From NCBI GenBank assembly GCA_963727455.1, contig CAVSGG010000005.1, positions 66,081 to 130,080 on the forward strand: a DNA stretch of 64,000 nt. The letters are read 5' to 3'. Source of the DNA: Candidatus Krumholzibacteriota bacterium (GTDB taxonomy: Bacteria; Krumholzibacteriota; Krumholzibacteriia; JAJRXK01). The position numbers were made by a program, and so were the translations under genes. The notes under the pieces were generated by a model. It did not search any database. It was not told the origin of the DNA and saw only the letters and a program-made list of their open reading frames with translations. This document shows positions 55,921 to 64,000 of this stretch, piece after piece. Each line of letters opens with the position of its first letter. Positions within the stretch are counted from its first letter, which is position 1.

Positions 55921-57687
55921 CTAGGCCGAGGCTCGCTCGGTCGGTCGATGTCGAATGACGATCTTGTCGTACAAGAAGAGGATTAGCGCGGTGGCGACTC
56001 CGATGATGCCGAAGATGAGCCACATGGTTCCCGGTTTGTCGATGCCGCCCCGGTCAGCCGGCCCGAAGTGGCCGTAGAGTTGGCCGGAGAGGATACCCGC
56101 GAAGAGATTGCCAAGCGCTACGCTCACGAAGTAATAGCCCATGTACATTGCCGTCTTGCTCTTGGGTGCAATGAGCGCCACGTACTCCTGGCTCTTCGGA
56201 CTGGCCATCATCTCGCCGATTGCGAAGACGAAAATCGCCATGACCACGACCCAACCCATTCCCCCGTAGATGTTCATTGCCATTCCCACGCCGGTGAGAA
56301 TCGTGCCGACGATCATGGTGGTGAAGGGCTTACGCTTGGCGAAGATCGCGGAAATCAACACCTGGAAGATGATGATTGCCCCCGCGTCGATGTTGATGAG
56401 GAACTCAGGATTGATGTTGTGGACTACATTCACGCCCTCGGCGCGAGTCATATTGTCCAGGAAACCCTGCCAACTCCCGCTCAGCCCCAGAGTGTGGAAC
56501 ATTCCCTGCAGGGTCCGGAGGATGTCGTTGGTGTTCGTGTAGTCGCGGATGTATTCGGGAAGCGTGATGAAGAGCTGATTGAATTCGGTCCAGAAGCCCG
56601 ATAGCACCAGCAGGTAGAGGGCGAAGCGCCAGTCGCCGACCTTCGCACTCTGCCAGAGCCCCTCGGCATCGCTTCGCTTCTTCAAGAACATGTCAACGAT
56701 GAGATTGCCCACGATCAAAACTGCGATGAGGATGCCCATATCCCCCCACGAGATCCACTCGCCGCCCGCCAACATGAGCAAAAAGATTGTCCCCACCGTG
56801 CTCACGAAAAACGCGCCGTTGCCGAGTACTTCGACCACGTCCTCGCCCGACTTGCGTAGAAGCAAGCGAACTTCGTTGGGCACTACCGCGACCAAAATCC
56901 GGATGGCCACGCTCAGAATCACGAGTCCGGCCAGGGCATAGAGAGTAGGCGTCCAGCCCAGCACGAATCCGGCGACGATGAATGTCGGTCCGCCTCGAAG
57001 CAGGGCTGCGAGAATTTGAGGAGGGCCGCCTGTTGTGGGAGCCTGAACTACCCCTGCCAGCTTGGCCTTGGCCTCCTCGAGTTCCTTGGTCAATGCTGCC
57101 TTCCGAGCGGCGGGCTCCTTGTAGAAGGCCAGCCAGATGAAATTGCAGGCGATCCAGATCGAGCTCATGCGGAAGACCCAGGGCCATCCGAGGTCGTTAC
57201 GGACGATCCCCGCCACGATGGGTCCGAGGAATCCGCCGACGTTCACCATCATGTAGAAGATCCCGAAGCCCAGCGACTTGTACTTGTCGTCGATGACGTG
57301 GCTCACGGTGCCGACGACCACCGGCTTGAAGGTGGCGGCACCGACCGCGACCAAGAGGAAGCAGAAGAAGAAGCCCCAGAATCCATCGGGCTGGCCCAAA
57401 AGGAAATAGGCCGGCGTCATGATGGCGTAGGCGGTGAAGAAGGTGCGCTTGTAGCCGAACTTGTCGGCCAGGGCACCGGTCACCACCGGGAAGAGGTAGA
57501 GCAGGAAGGGGATGATCCCCTGAATGATGCCTCGCTTTTCGCTGGAGAGTCCTAGACCGCCGGTTTCCACCGAGCCGGTGAGGTACAGGGTGGAGACGGC
57601 ATAAAAGCCGTACCACGCCATACGCTCGAAGATCTCCATGGTGTTCGCGAGCCAGAAGGCGCTCGGGAATTTCTGAAAGAATGGCAT
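55921..57687 (-). CDS. proton-dependent oligopeptide transporter (POT/PTR2 family)
   Basis: ExxERFxYY-like MEIFERMAWYGFY and the PTR2 region GLSSEKRGIIQGIIPFLLYLFPVVTGALADKFGYKRTF. Many TM helices. ATG 57687 follows a GGAGG RBS. Confidence 0.9.
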   Translation of the reverse strand: MPFFQKFPSAFWLANTMEIFERMAWYGFYAVSTLYLTGSVETGGLGLSSEKRGIIQGIIPFLLYLFPVVTGALADKFGYKRTFFTAYAIMTPAYFLLGQPDGFWGFFFCFLLVAVGAATFKPVVVGTVSHVIDDKYKSLGFGIFYMMVNVGGFLGPIVAGIVRNDLGWPWVFRMSSIWIACNFIWLAFYKEPAARKAALTKELEEAKAKLAGVVQAPTTGGPPQILAALLRGGPTFIVAGFVLGWTPTLYALAGLVILSVAIRILVAVVPNEVRLLLRKSGEDVVEVLGNGAFFVSTVGTIFLLMLAGGEWISWGDMGILIAVLIVGNLIVDMFLKKRSDAEGLWQSAKVGDWRFALYLLVLSGFWTEFNQLFITLPEYIRDYTNTNDILRTLQGMFHTLGLSGSWQGFLDNMTRAEGVNVVHNINPEFLINIDAGAIIIFQVLISAIFAKRKPFTTMIVGTILTGVGMAMNIYGGMGWVVVMAIFVFAIGEMMASPKSQEYVALIAPKSKTAMYMGYYFVSVALGNLFAGILSGQLYGHFGPADRGGIDKPGTMWLIFGIIGVATALILFLYDKIVIRHRPTERASA

Positions 57688-57864
57688 GAACGAAACGCCT
57701 CCAAGGCTGAAATCTCTAGGCGGGGCCCCGTGGACATTGGAGAAAAGACGGCCAAAGGTCAAGAAGGAGCAGAAACTCAGTCTCAGATGGAATGAGGGAG
57801 CCGGCGGGGGGCCGTCGACTCGGGCGCGCGATCGAATCGTAGCTGGACTGCTTGGATGGCGCTC

Positions 57865-60144
57865 TCAACTTCGGAAGAGGTACTGGACCTTGAAGAAGAA
57901 CTGGCGTTGGTCTTCGCGGAACTCGGTCCGATAGGGGGGGGCACCACCCCCCGTGAGTTCGACATCCTGGGCGCGGTGGCTGCTGCCCAGGTAGATGGCG
58001 GAAAAGGCGTTGATTCGGTAGGAGAGCAAAGGCTCGAGGGTGAGACTTCGCCGGAAGCTGTCGTACTGCGCGACCAGGCGCAGGAACCACTCCCGGCTGA
58101 ATTGCAGATTGAGTTTGTTGCGCAGCACGTAGCCCGCGAAGATCTCGTCGCCGTGTTCTTGGTAATGCAGTTCCTGGTAGTCCCAGTTGGTCTCGAGGGT
58201 CAGTCTCTCTGTCGGCTTCAAGGTGCTCCAGGCCGAAGCATCCAGGCCGTCACCCAGTACCGGTACGTCGAGATTACGGGCGATACGACTCCCATACGAA
58301 GCGAGAGCCCCCAGGCCCAGGGTCTCGCTGAACTTGCTGTCGACGTTGATCTCCCAGCGGCGAATTCCCCGGTAATCATGACCGCGAAAGCGCTCGTTGG
58401 AGAAGATCCAATCCGCGCTGACCGAGGTTTGTCCCTTCAGATTGAGAGAAATCTGGGGCACCACCCACTCGTCCTTGCGTAGCCCTTCCCAGTTCCAGAC
58501 CCGGCCGATGGCCACATTGGGTTGCCACTCGTCCACCAGCGGGCTGTTCGCGGGGTAGAAACTGTAGCCACTCCAGAGATCCATTTCGTGCCGGTCGTTG
58601 CGGTACACGAACCCATTGTCCGAGCGGAATGTCGGGGAAGTGGCCCACCAATCGGTATCGAAATTCCAGTGGCGTGCACTACGCTCCAGGCTCAAGTAGT
58701 GCGCATAACCGCTGTAGATCTCGCCATCGAAAGAGGCGGTGTGTCGTCCCCTGTCGAAGCTGAGGCCCTCGAGTTCCTTGGTGAGCTCGGGATCGTTGGG
58801 CTCTTCCGTGTGACTACCCACCAGCTGATACTCGAAGCTGTAACTGTGGAAAAACCGTTGTCTCCCGTCGATGCCAAGGGTCGTCCCCGCGCCGCCTCTC
58901 TCTTGCCGGCGGTCGGTGCCCAGCACTCCGATCATGTTGTCATCGCCATAGCTGTGTTTCACCCGGAACAAGTTCGACCAGGAACGTCCGGCCACGAGGA
59001 ACTCGCTTCGCTCCTGGAAGGGGAGGGTGTAGGGAGTATTTTCGTCCTGGGCGACGAGGTAACCCGCACTCTCATGGGAAGTGCGGGCCGTGAGTTTTCC
59101 GGCCCACTGAGGATCATTGATCGAGCGGGTGTACACCTGATCCACCCAGGTGTCATAGAGGTCGCTTCCCTCTTGAAAGAAGGGCCGCTGCTCGGGGTAG
59201 AAAAGCGCGAAGGTCGTGTTGACGGAAATCTGCGCTGCGTCCGATTCAACCTGTGAAAAATCAGGATTGAAGGTACCCTCGGCCGCCAGGCTCGAGGAGA
59301 TGGAATACCGGGCGCCGACGCCAAGGTCGAGGCCACTGTCCACGCTCTTCAGTCTGGGATTTTGTGGATCGTCGTTCAGTTCCTGGGCATCGTAGCCCAC
59401 CACCGAAGGCAGAATCTCCAAGGCTCCACCAGCGCTCACGCCTTCGATTCCCTTCAGGTAGCCGAATTGGCAGAGCCAGCATGGTTCGTTGCGATCGACG
59501 GCCGCCCAGCCGTAGCGCCGTCGGCTGGCACGCGGTTGGTTACGCCAGAAAGTAGCGCGCCACTCCTGTACCTCACGATTCGGAAACCGCAGGCTCTTGA
59601 AGGGCACCTCCATTTCTACCGACCAGCCGTCTTCACTCATTCTAGCCTCGGTCTTGAAGACGATGTTGAAGCTGAGATCTTCACCGTTCGGGGTCCAACG
59701 GAGATCGCCCTGCACGCCGAGTGGATTCACGAAGAGCTCGTAAGCCCAGGCGCTCGAGCCGTAGGTGTCCAAGATGATGCCGACGTAGTCGTCATCCCAG
59801 ATGTGATCCCGTTCGGTGAGCGTGGCGCGCACCATTTTGGGATCGTCTTGCAAGAGGAATGCAATGTATAGGTTCTCATCGTCGTAGCTGATCCAAGCCT
59901 GCGAATCGACGGGTGGCTTTGACTGTTCTCCTGGCCAGTTTTCGCTCCAATCGAGCGCTTTGGCAGCGCCGACCCATCCCTCGTCGTCGAGTTTGCCATC
60001 GACCACGATGGTCCCCTGTCTGCGGTGGACGGTGAGTTCGGGTTTTACGTGCGCTCGGAACTGCGCACTCGCGCTCGTGGGGAGTGAACACACCGAAGGC
60101 ACCGCAGCAAGGAAAATTGCGAGAGGATAAAATTGGGAGCGCAT
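57865..60144 (-). CDS. DUF5916 / CBM9-like domain outer-membrane protein
   Basis: A signal peptide, then VVDGKLDDEGW...WISYDDENLYIAF...DDYVGIILDTY, followed by a ~500-aa beta-rich region ending in FFFKVQYLFRS. Confidence 0.6.
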   Translation of the reverse strand: MRSQFYPLAIFLAAVPSVCSLPTSASAQFRAHVKPELTVHRRQGTIVVDGKLDDEGWVGAAKALDWSENWPGEQSKPPVDSQAWISYDDENLYIAFLLQDDPKMVRATLTERDHIWDDDYVGIILDTYGSSAWAYELFVNPLGVQGDLRWTPNGEDLSFNIVFKTEARMSEDGWSVEMEVPFKSLRFPNREVQEWRATFWRNQPRASRRRYGWAAVDRNEPCWLCQFGYLKGIEGVSAGGALEILPSVVGYDAQELNDDPQNPRLKSVDSGLDLGVGARYSISSSLAAEGTFNPDFSQVESDAAQISVNTTFALFYPEQRPFFQEGSDLYDTWVDQVYTRSINDPQWAGKLTARTSHESAGYLVAQDENTPYTLPFQERSEFLVAGRSWSNLFRVKHSYGDDNMIGVLGTDRRQERGGAGTTLGIDGRQRFFHSYSFEYQLVGSHTEEPNDPELTKELEGLSFDRGRHTASFDGEIYSGYAHYLSLERSARHWNFDTDWWATSPTFRSDNGFVYRNDRHEMDLWSGYSFYPANSPLVDEWQPNVAIGRVWNWEGLRKDEWVVPQISLNLKGQTSVSADWIFSNERFRGHDYRGIRRWEINVDSKFSETLGLGALASYGSRIARNLDVPVLGDGLDASAWSTLKPTERLTLETNWDYQELHYQEHGDEIFAGYVLRNKLNLQFSREWFLRLVAQYDSFRRSLTLEPLLSYRINAFSAIYLGSSHRAQDVELTGGGAPPYRTEFREDQRQFFFKVQYLFRS

Positions 60145-60167
60145 GCATCGATTGGGTTGAAGGAGTG

Positions 60168-60956
60168 CTACTCTTCGAAAATACGTGAGATGCCGCCCAG
60201 AATGGACCCCTCTCCCTTGCTGCTGCCGCCGGTCCGCGGCGCATGGGCGATCACGCGGTCGGCCAAACGCGAGAAGGGGAGACTCTGCAGCCAGACTTTA
60301 CCGTAGCCCTTCAGGGTAGCAAGGAAGAGCCCTTCGCCTCCGAAGACCATGCTCTTGAGATTTCCCGCCCGCTCGATGTCGTAGTTGATCCCTGGTGTGA
60401 AGGCGACGAGACAACCGGTGTCCACGCGCAGTGTCTCCCCGTGCAGTTCGCGCTCCAAGACGGTTCCCCCCGCGTGAAGGAAGACGAGACCATCTCCCAC
60501 CAAGCGTTCCAGAATGAACCCTTCGCCCCCGAAGAGACCCGCCCCGAGGCGCTTGTTCAGAGCAATGTCCAACTTCGTGCCGAAGGCCGCGCACAAGAAC
60601 GAGTCCTTTTGACAGATCAGTTCTCCCCTGAGCTTGCTCATGTCGACTGCGATGATCTTGCCGGGATAAGGCGCTGCGAAGGAAACGTGGGATTTTCCGC
60701 TTCCGAGCGCATTGGTGAAATGCGTGATGAAGAGGGATTCCCCGGTGATCACGCGTTTGCCAGCGCTGAAGAGCTTTCCCATGAGGGTTTCGTTGGCCGC
60801 GGATCCGTCTCCCATGTGAGCTTGGAAGTCGATGCCGTCCTCCATGTAGTTCATGGCGCCGGCCTCGGCGATGATCGTCTCGCCCGGATCGAGCTCGATT
60901 TCGACCATCTGTAGATCGTCGCCAATGATCTCGTAATCGACTTCGTGACAGCGCAT
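60168..60956 (-). CDS. TIGR00266/AIM24 family protein
   Basis: [38 protein letters not shown] and [11 protein letters not shown] match the remembered family signature. Confidence 0.75.
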   Translation of the reverse strand: MRCHEVDYEIIGDDLQMVEIELDPGETIIAEAGAMNYMEDGIDFQAHMGDGSAANETLMGKLFSAGKRVITGESLFITHFTNALGSGKSHVSFAAPYPGKIIAVDMSKLRGELICQKDSFLCAAFGTKLDIALNKRLGAGLFGGEGFILERLVGDGLVFLHAGGTVLERELHGETLRVDTGCLVAFTPGINYDIERAGNLKSMVFGGEGLFLATLKGYGKVWLQSLPFSRLADRVIAHAPRTGGSSKGEGSILGGISRIFEE

Positions 60957-61131
60957 GATGGCTCCTAGATTCTGGGGTTCTTGATTCCGCGTGAGTGCAG
61001 CCGTCTCATCCTACTCGTCCCAATCCGCCGGCGAAAGTCTCGATTCGGCGCCGCTTCGCGCCCCCGCTGGCCAAGCCGGGCGGCTCTGATATCTTCTGCA
61101 AATCCGAGCTCCTCCATCGGCAGGCAAAACA

Positions 61132-61815
61132 GTGCGAGAGAACTTCGACCATCTGCTTGGGGCCCCCCCGAGAGTTCGTACCCTGGCAAAATCGCTGCGG
61201 GGCTCTCTGCCCGGCCAGCGGGGTCAGCGCCTGATGTGGCCGCGAGATCTCTCATCGGACCGTTTCAACCGTCCGCCCGGAGACGCCAGGCTAGCTGCCG
61301 TGCTCATTCTCCTCTACGAGCATGAGGGCAGGATCTGTTTCCCTCTTCAGCGCAGAAAAGAGGTCATCGGAGATCCTCACGGCGGTCAGATCAGCCTGCC
61401 TGGGGGGAGTCGCGAGGGCAATGAGAGGGTGGAGGCGACCGCGCTGCGGGAAGCGCAGGAGGAGCTTGGAATCGATCCGGACCGCGTGCGTGTGCTGGGA
61501 CGGCTGAGCCGGCTTTGGATTCCGGTGAGCCACTTCAAGGTGCGTCCCGTCGTGGCCTGGACCGATTCGGAACCGGCCTACCGGCTGGATCCCAAGGAAG
61601 TGGAACAGCTCATTCTGTGTTCGCTGGAAGAACTCGAGAACCCGAAGCGGATGGTGAGCTTCGCTCGGAAGATCAGAGGTCGCAGCCGACGCGTACCGGC
61701 ATGGCGTCTCGACGATGGCTATCTGTGGGGCGCGACAGCGATGATCCTGGCCGAGCTCATCTCGATTGTACGCGCGGCGGAAGGTCTTCCTTCGCTTCTT
61801 CTGCCACCAGACTGA
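61132..61815 (+). CDS. Nudix hydrolase, CoA pyrophosphatase-like
   Basis: Nudix box GGSREGNERVEATALREAQEELGI preceded by AAVLILLYE. The start is uncertain: GTG 61132 or ATG 61234. Confidence 0.75.
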   Translation: MRENFDHLLGAPPRVRTLAKSLRGSLPGQRGQRLMWPRDLSSDRFNRPPGDARLAAVLILLYEHEGRICFPLQRRKEVIGDPHGGQISLPGGSREGNERVEATALREAQEELGIDPDRVRVLGRLSRLWIPVSHFKVRPVVAWTDSEPAYRLDPKEVEQLILCSLEELENPKRMVSFARKIRGRSRRVPAWRLDDGYLWGATAMILAELISIVRAAEGLPSLLLPPD

Positions 61816-64000
61816 AGTCGACCACCAGCGGCAGATGATCCGAGGCCACTCGCGTCAGACGGTTCCGCGGAACGATGACTCGATCCGTGCGCACGAAATC
61901 CGTGGTGTAGACGTGATCGATGCGGCGGAGAGGTAAGCGTCCACTCCAGGTTCGAGGCACCACCACCCGGGTGGGTCCGCTCCCGACGTTGGAAAGAACT
62001 TCGCTGAGCCGGCGACAGGTCCAGCTGGACATGCCGGCATTGAGATCTCCGCAGAGAATCAACGGTACGCGGTCCAGTTCTGCCCCGAGCCATCCTCGCT
62101 GCAGGAGGAACTCGACCTGGAGCCGTCGCTCGCGTTCGAGAATGCTGAGGTGCGTGTTGAGCACCTGAATCTTCGAGCCTTCGATATCCGCTTCCACCCA
62201 GAGGATGCCACGCTCTTCCAGGCCCGGAAAACCCTTGAGCGAGGGCAGGCCGGCTTGATCGACCATCCGCAAGGGGTAGTGGCTCAGGATCGCGTTTCCG
62301 AACTTCCCGTCGACGAAGCTGTTCACTGCATGAAAGCGAAAGTCCGTCTGCAAGCTCCGTGAAATCAGCTCCACTTGGCGCACGCTGCCCGAGCGCTCAC
62401 GTTTGTCGTCGAGTTCCTGCAGACAGATGATGTCCGCCTGGAGCCGCGAGAGAACACGCGCGATGCGCTGCGGAGAAAACTTGCCGTCCATGCCGCGACA
62501 GCCGTGAACGTTGTAGCTCGCCACGCGCAAGTGGAGGCGCGGCTTTCGCTCGTAGCGGGGCGGTTGACGCACCCGCGCCAGTCGCCGCGTCAGTTTCCGG
62601 TCGGGCAAAATGATGCCCGCCAAGGAGCGCAGGGCCATTTCGCGCAGGTGGATTGGTCGGAGCACCCCTTCCATGGGCTGGCCGAGTGTGGCTTCCTTGG
62701 GAAGCAGCACGAAGGCCGTGCACTCGCGCGGTCCGGGCCCGCCGTGTGCGCCGTTCTCGGTTTGCAGAGACATGGGCTTGCCCGGTTGATATCCGAAGAG
62801 CGCCAGAGGCCCGGCATCGGGGTGGTGCAGAAGGCGAAGAGAGTCGGAAGTCACGTGCTTGAGGTAGGGATGGTCGCTGCCGAAAACTTCGGCGGCATCC
62901 TCGGGAAGTCTGCAGGCCGGGCCTTTGCGCCGGAAGACCACCGCACCGTCCCCTTCGGCTACCATCACCATGGGCACTGCAGCCGTCTTTGCGATGAGTC
63001 TCGCGAGTCGCAGATGAGCTTCGTGGGTCATCTCGTGGGCGGGATACACGAATCCCGTCGGACCCTGGTGAGCGACCCGCAGGACCTTGGGCGGTGTGGG
63101 CGCAGGGCCCATCTCGACCCGGGAGGCGAGCTCGGCACCGCGCCGGCCCTGCATCCAGAGCGGCAATTCGGTACGCAACCACTGGGAACGGCCCATTTCG
63201 GGGGGCATGTGCGGCGCACGTTTCCTCTTTAGCTCATAGTCCTGCGCTTCATTCAACTCGAAGCGACGCACAACTCTCTCCACGGCACGCCCGAGATCCT
63301 CCGGGCGCTCTCTCGGATAGGGAACGGTGGGCTCCTGTCCGTGGTCGGAGTAGATCCAGACCTGGTAGTCGCGATGCTTGGAGCGGTGCGCCGCCAACCA
63401 GACACGGCGCAGAGAGTGGTCGATCCCCTTCAGAGTCCAACGCGCGAAGCGCGAATCGGGGCCGCGGCGGTGCGCATGCTCGTCGTAGCCCAGGAAGTTG
63501 AGCTGGATGATCGGTAGTCCGCGTTCACAGTCGATCGACGCTCCTGCGGTGACGATCTCACGCATGACAGCGCTGACGATGACGCGGGTGGGAACGAAAC
63601 GCAATTCGGCGAAGAAGCTGTGGCCGGCCAGAGTTCCGAGGGTGAAATCGTAGGTCGCCAGTGCGAGCTCGACTAGAGTGTAGGCGAAGATTCGGACCAG
63701 GCTCCAGCCGTACCAGAGTACCAAGCCCAGCATGCGAAAGGGATTCAGGGCCTGCCAGATCATCTCCAGGCCCGCGGTCGATGCGCAGAGATGAGGTTCG
63801 TCCGCGTCACCGTGAAAGATGTTGGACCAGGAAGATCCGCCGCGCATGAGCCCTTCGGCCTCTTTTTGCAGCTTGTCCTCGACCGCCGACGCAGCGGTGG
63901 GGTCGTTCATACTCACGATGCGTCCGAGACTGGAATTGAAGTAGCCGAAGGCAGGGACGGCGCCTTTGACTCCGTAGAAGAACTCGGCCTGGAAACCCGG
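61757..64000 (-). CDS. fusion protein: alkaline-phosphatase/phosphodiesterase-like region + C-terminal endonuclease/exonuclease/phosphatase (EEP) domain, possibly 5'-partial
   Basis: AlkP-like segment GYDEHAHRRGPDS...VWIYSDHGQE. EEP segment LRVASYNVHGCRG...ADIICLQELD...SDHLPLVVDF. The frame stays open from the GTG at 63916 to the window end, with no stop in the 28 upstream codons. Confidence 0.7.
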   Translation of the reverse strand, partial: PGFQAEFFYGVKGAVPAFGYFNSSLGRIVSMNDPTAASAVEDKLQKEAEGLMRGGSSWSNIFHGDADEPHLCASTAGLEMIWQALNPFRMLGLVLWYGWSLVRIFAYTLVELALATYDFTLGTLAGHSFFAELRFVPTRVIVSAVMREIVTAGASIDCERGLPIIQLNFLGYDEHAHRRGPDSRFARWTLKGIDHSLRRVWLAAHRSKHRDYQVWIYSDHGQEPTVPYPRERPEDLGRAVERVVRRFELNEAQDYELKRKRAPHMPPEMGRSQWLRTELPLWMQGRRGAELASRVEMGPAPTPPKVLRVAHQGPTGFVYPAHEMTHEAHLRLARLIAKTAAVPMVMVAEGDGAVVFRRKGPACRLPEDAAEVFGSDHPYLKHVTSDSLRLLHHPDAGPLALFGYQPGKPMSLQTENGAHGGPGPRECTAFVLLPKEATLGQPMEGVLRPIHLREMALRSLAGIILPDRKLTRRLARVRQPPRYERKPRLHLRVASYNVHGCRGMDGKFSPQRIARVLSRLQADIICLQELDDKRERSGSVRQVELISRSLQTDFRFHAVNSFVDGKFGNAILSHYPLRMVDQAGLPSLKGFPGLEERGILWVEADIEGSKIQVLNTHLSILERERRLQVEFLLQRGWLGAELDRVPLILCGDLNAGMSSWTCRRLSEVLSNVGSGPTRVVVPRTWSGRLPLRRIDHVYTTDFVRTDRVIVPRNRLTRVASDHLPLVVDFSLVAEEAKEDLPPRVQSR

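Noticed and set aside
57934-57957. G8-cacca-C6 tract, considered as a phase-variation or hairpin element.
   Set aside because: It lies inside the DUF5916-like coding frame, where it encodes ...GGAPP... It is much shorter than the intergenic G11.
61757-61815. 59-nt convergent overlap of the Nudix and EEP-fusion genes as a regulatory feature.
   Set aside because: Tail-to-tail overlaps of this size are common in compact high-GC genomes, and the Nudix stop position is unambiguous. No extra structure was seen.
1-64000. CRISPR arrays, rRNA genes, IS elements, prophage or toxin-antitoxin modules.
   Set aside because: By eye I found no regularly spaced direct repeats, no rRNA-like sequence, and no transposase, integrase or phage-like ORFs. 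Only the short repeat elements at 36.3-37.3 kb are reported.

Overview
High-GC bacterial chromosomal segment, densely coded on both strands. I saw no rRNA, CRISPR array, transposase or integrase. Content falls into three blocks.

(1) 0-19 kb, housekeeping: tig (5' partial)-clpP-clpX-lon-engB, purA, tRNA-Lys(UUU), an S9-like hydrolase, a MacAB-like ABC efflux set (adaptor, ATPase, two FtsX permeases) and a DUF2207-like protein.

(2) 19.5-42.4 kb, accessory cell-surface genes. These include a 2724-aa secreted multidomain protein and beta-helix, FG-GAP/ASPIC, cohesin-like and Cys-rich secreted proteins. An MFS pump, a frameshifted M1 aminopeptidase and a tyrosine phenol-lyase/tryptophanase homologue are interspersed.

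(3) 42.4-64 kb, mixed: gatE-gatD, thioesterase, HGSNAT-like acyltransferase, hemerythrin-like protein, dinB-X-lexA, tRNA-Glu(UUC), a repeat protein, a BMC-like protein, pepT plus POT transporter, a DUF5916-like outer-membrane protein, AIM24, Nudix, and an AlkP-EEP fusion open at the right edge.

Signals most worth a second look:
- Eight unrelated Sec-signal proteins end in the same short tail, [ST]-[WFMI]-G-x-[LMW]-K-[AST]-x-[YF]. It matches no sorting signal I recognise and differs from the ~90-aa FlgD/T9SS-like C-terminal domain on two other proteins here.
- A dinB / degenerate truncated DnaE-like ORF (with a QLELGL clamp-type motif) / lexA cassette sits behind AAAC-N4-GTTT palindromes.
- Archaeal-type gatE-gatD lies in an otherwise bacterial context.
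- A G11 tract forms the spacer of a TTGACA/TACATT promoter in front of a three-gene surface operon.
- A lower-GC block carries three copies of a GTRTACCCGGGTAGAC element and an 18-bp perfect palindrome.

All family calls come from reading motifs by eye and from memory of family signatures. No searches were run.
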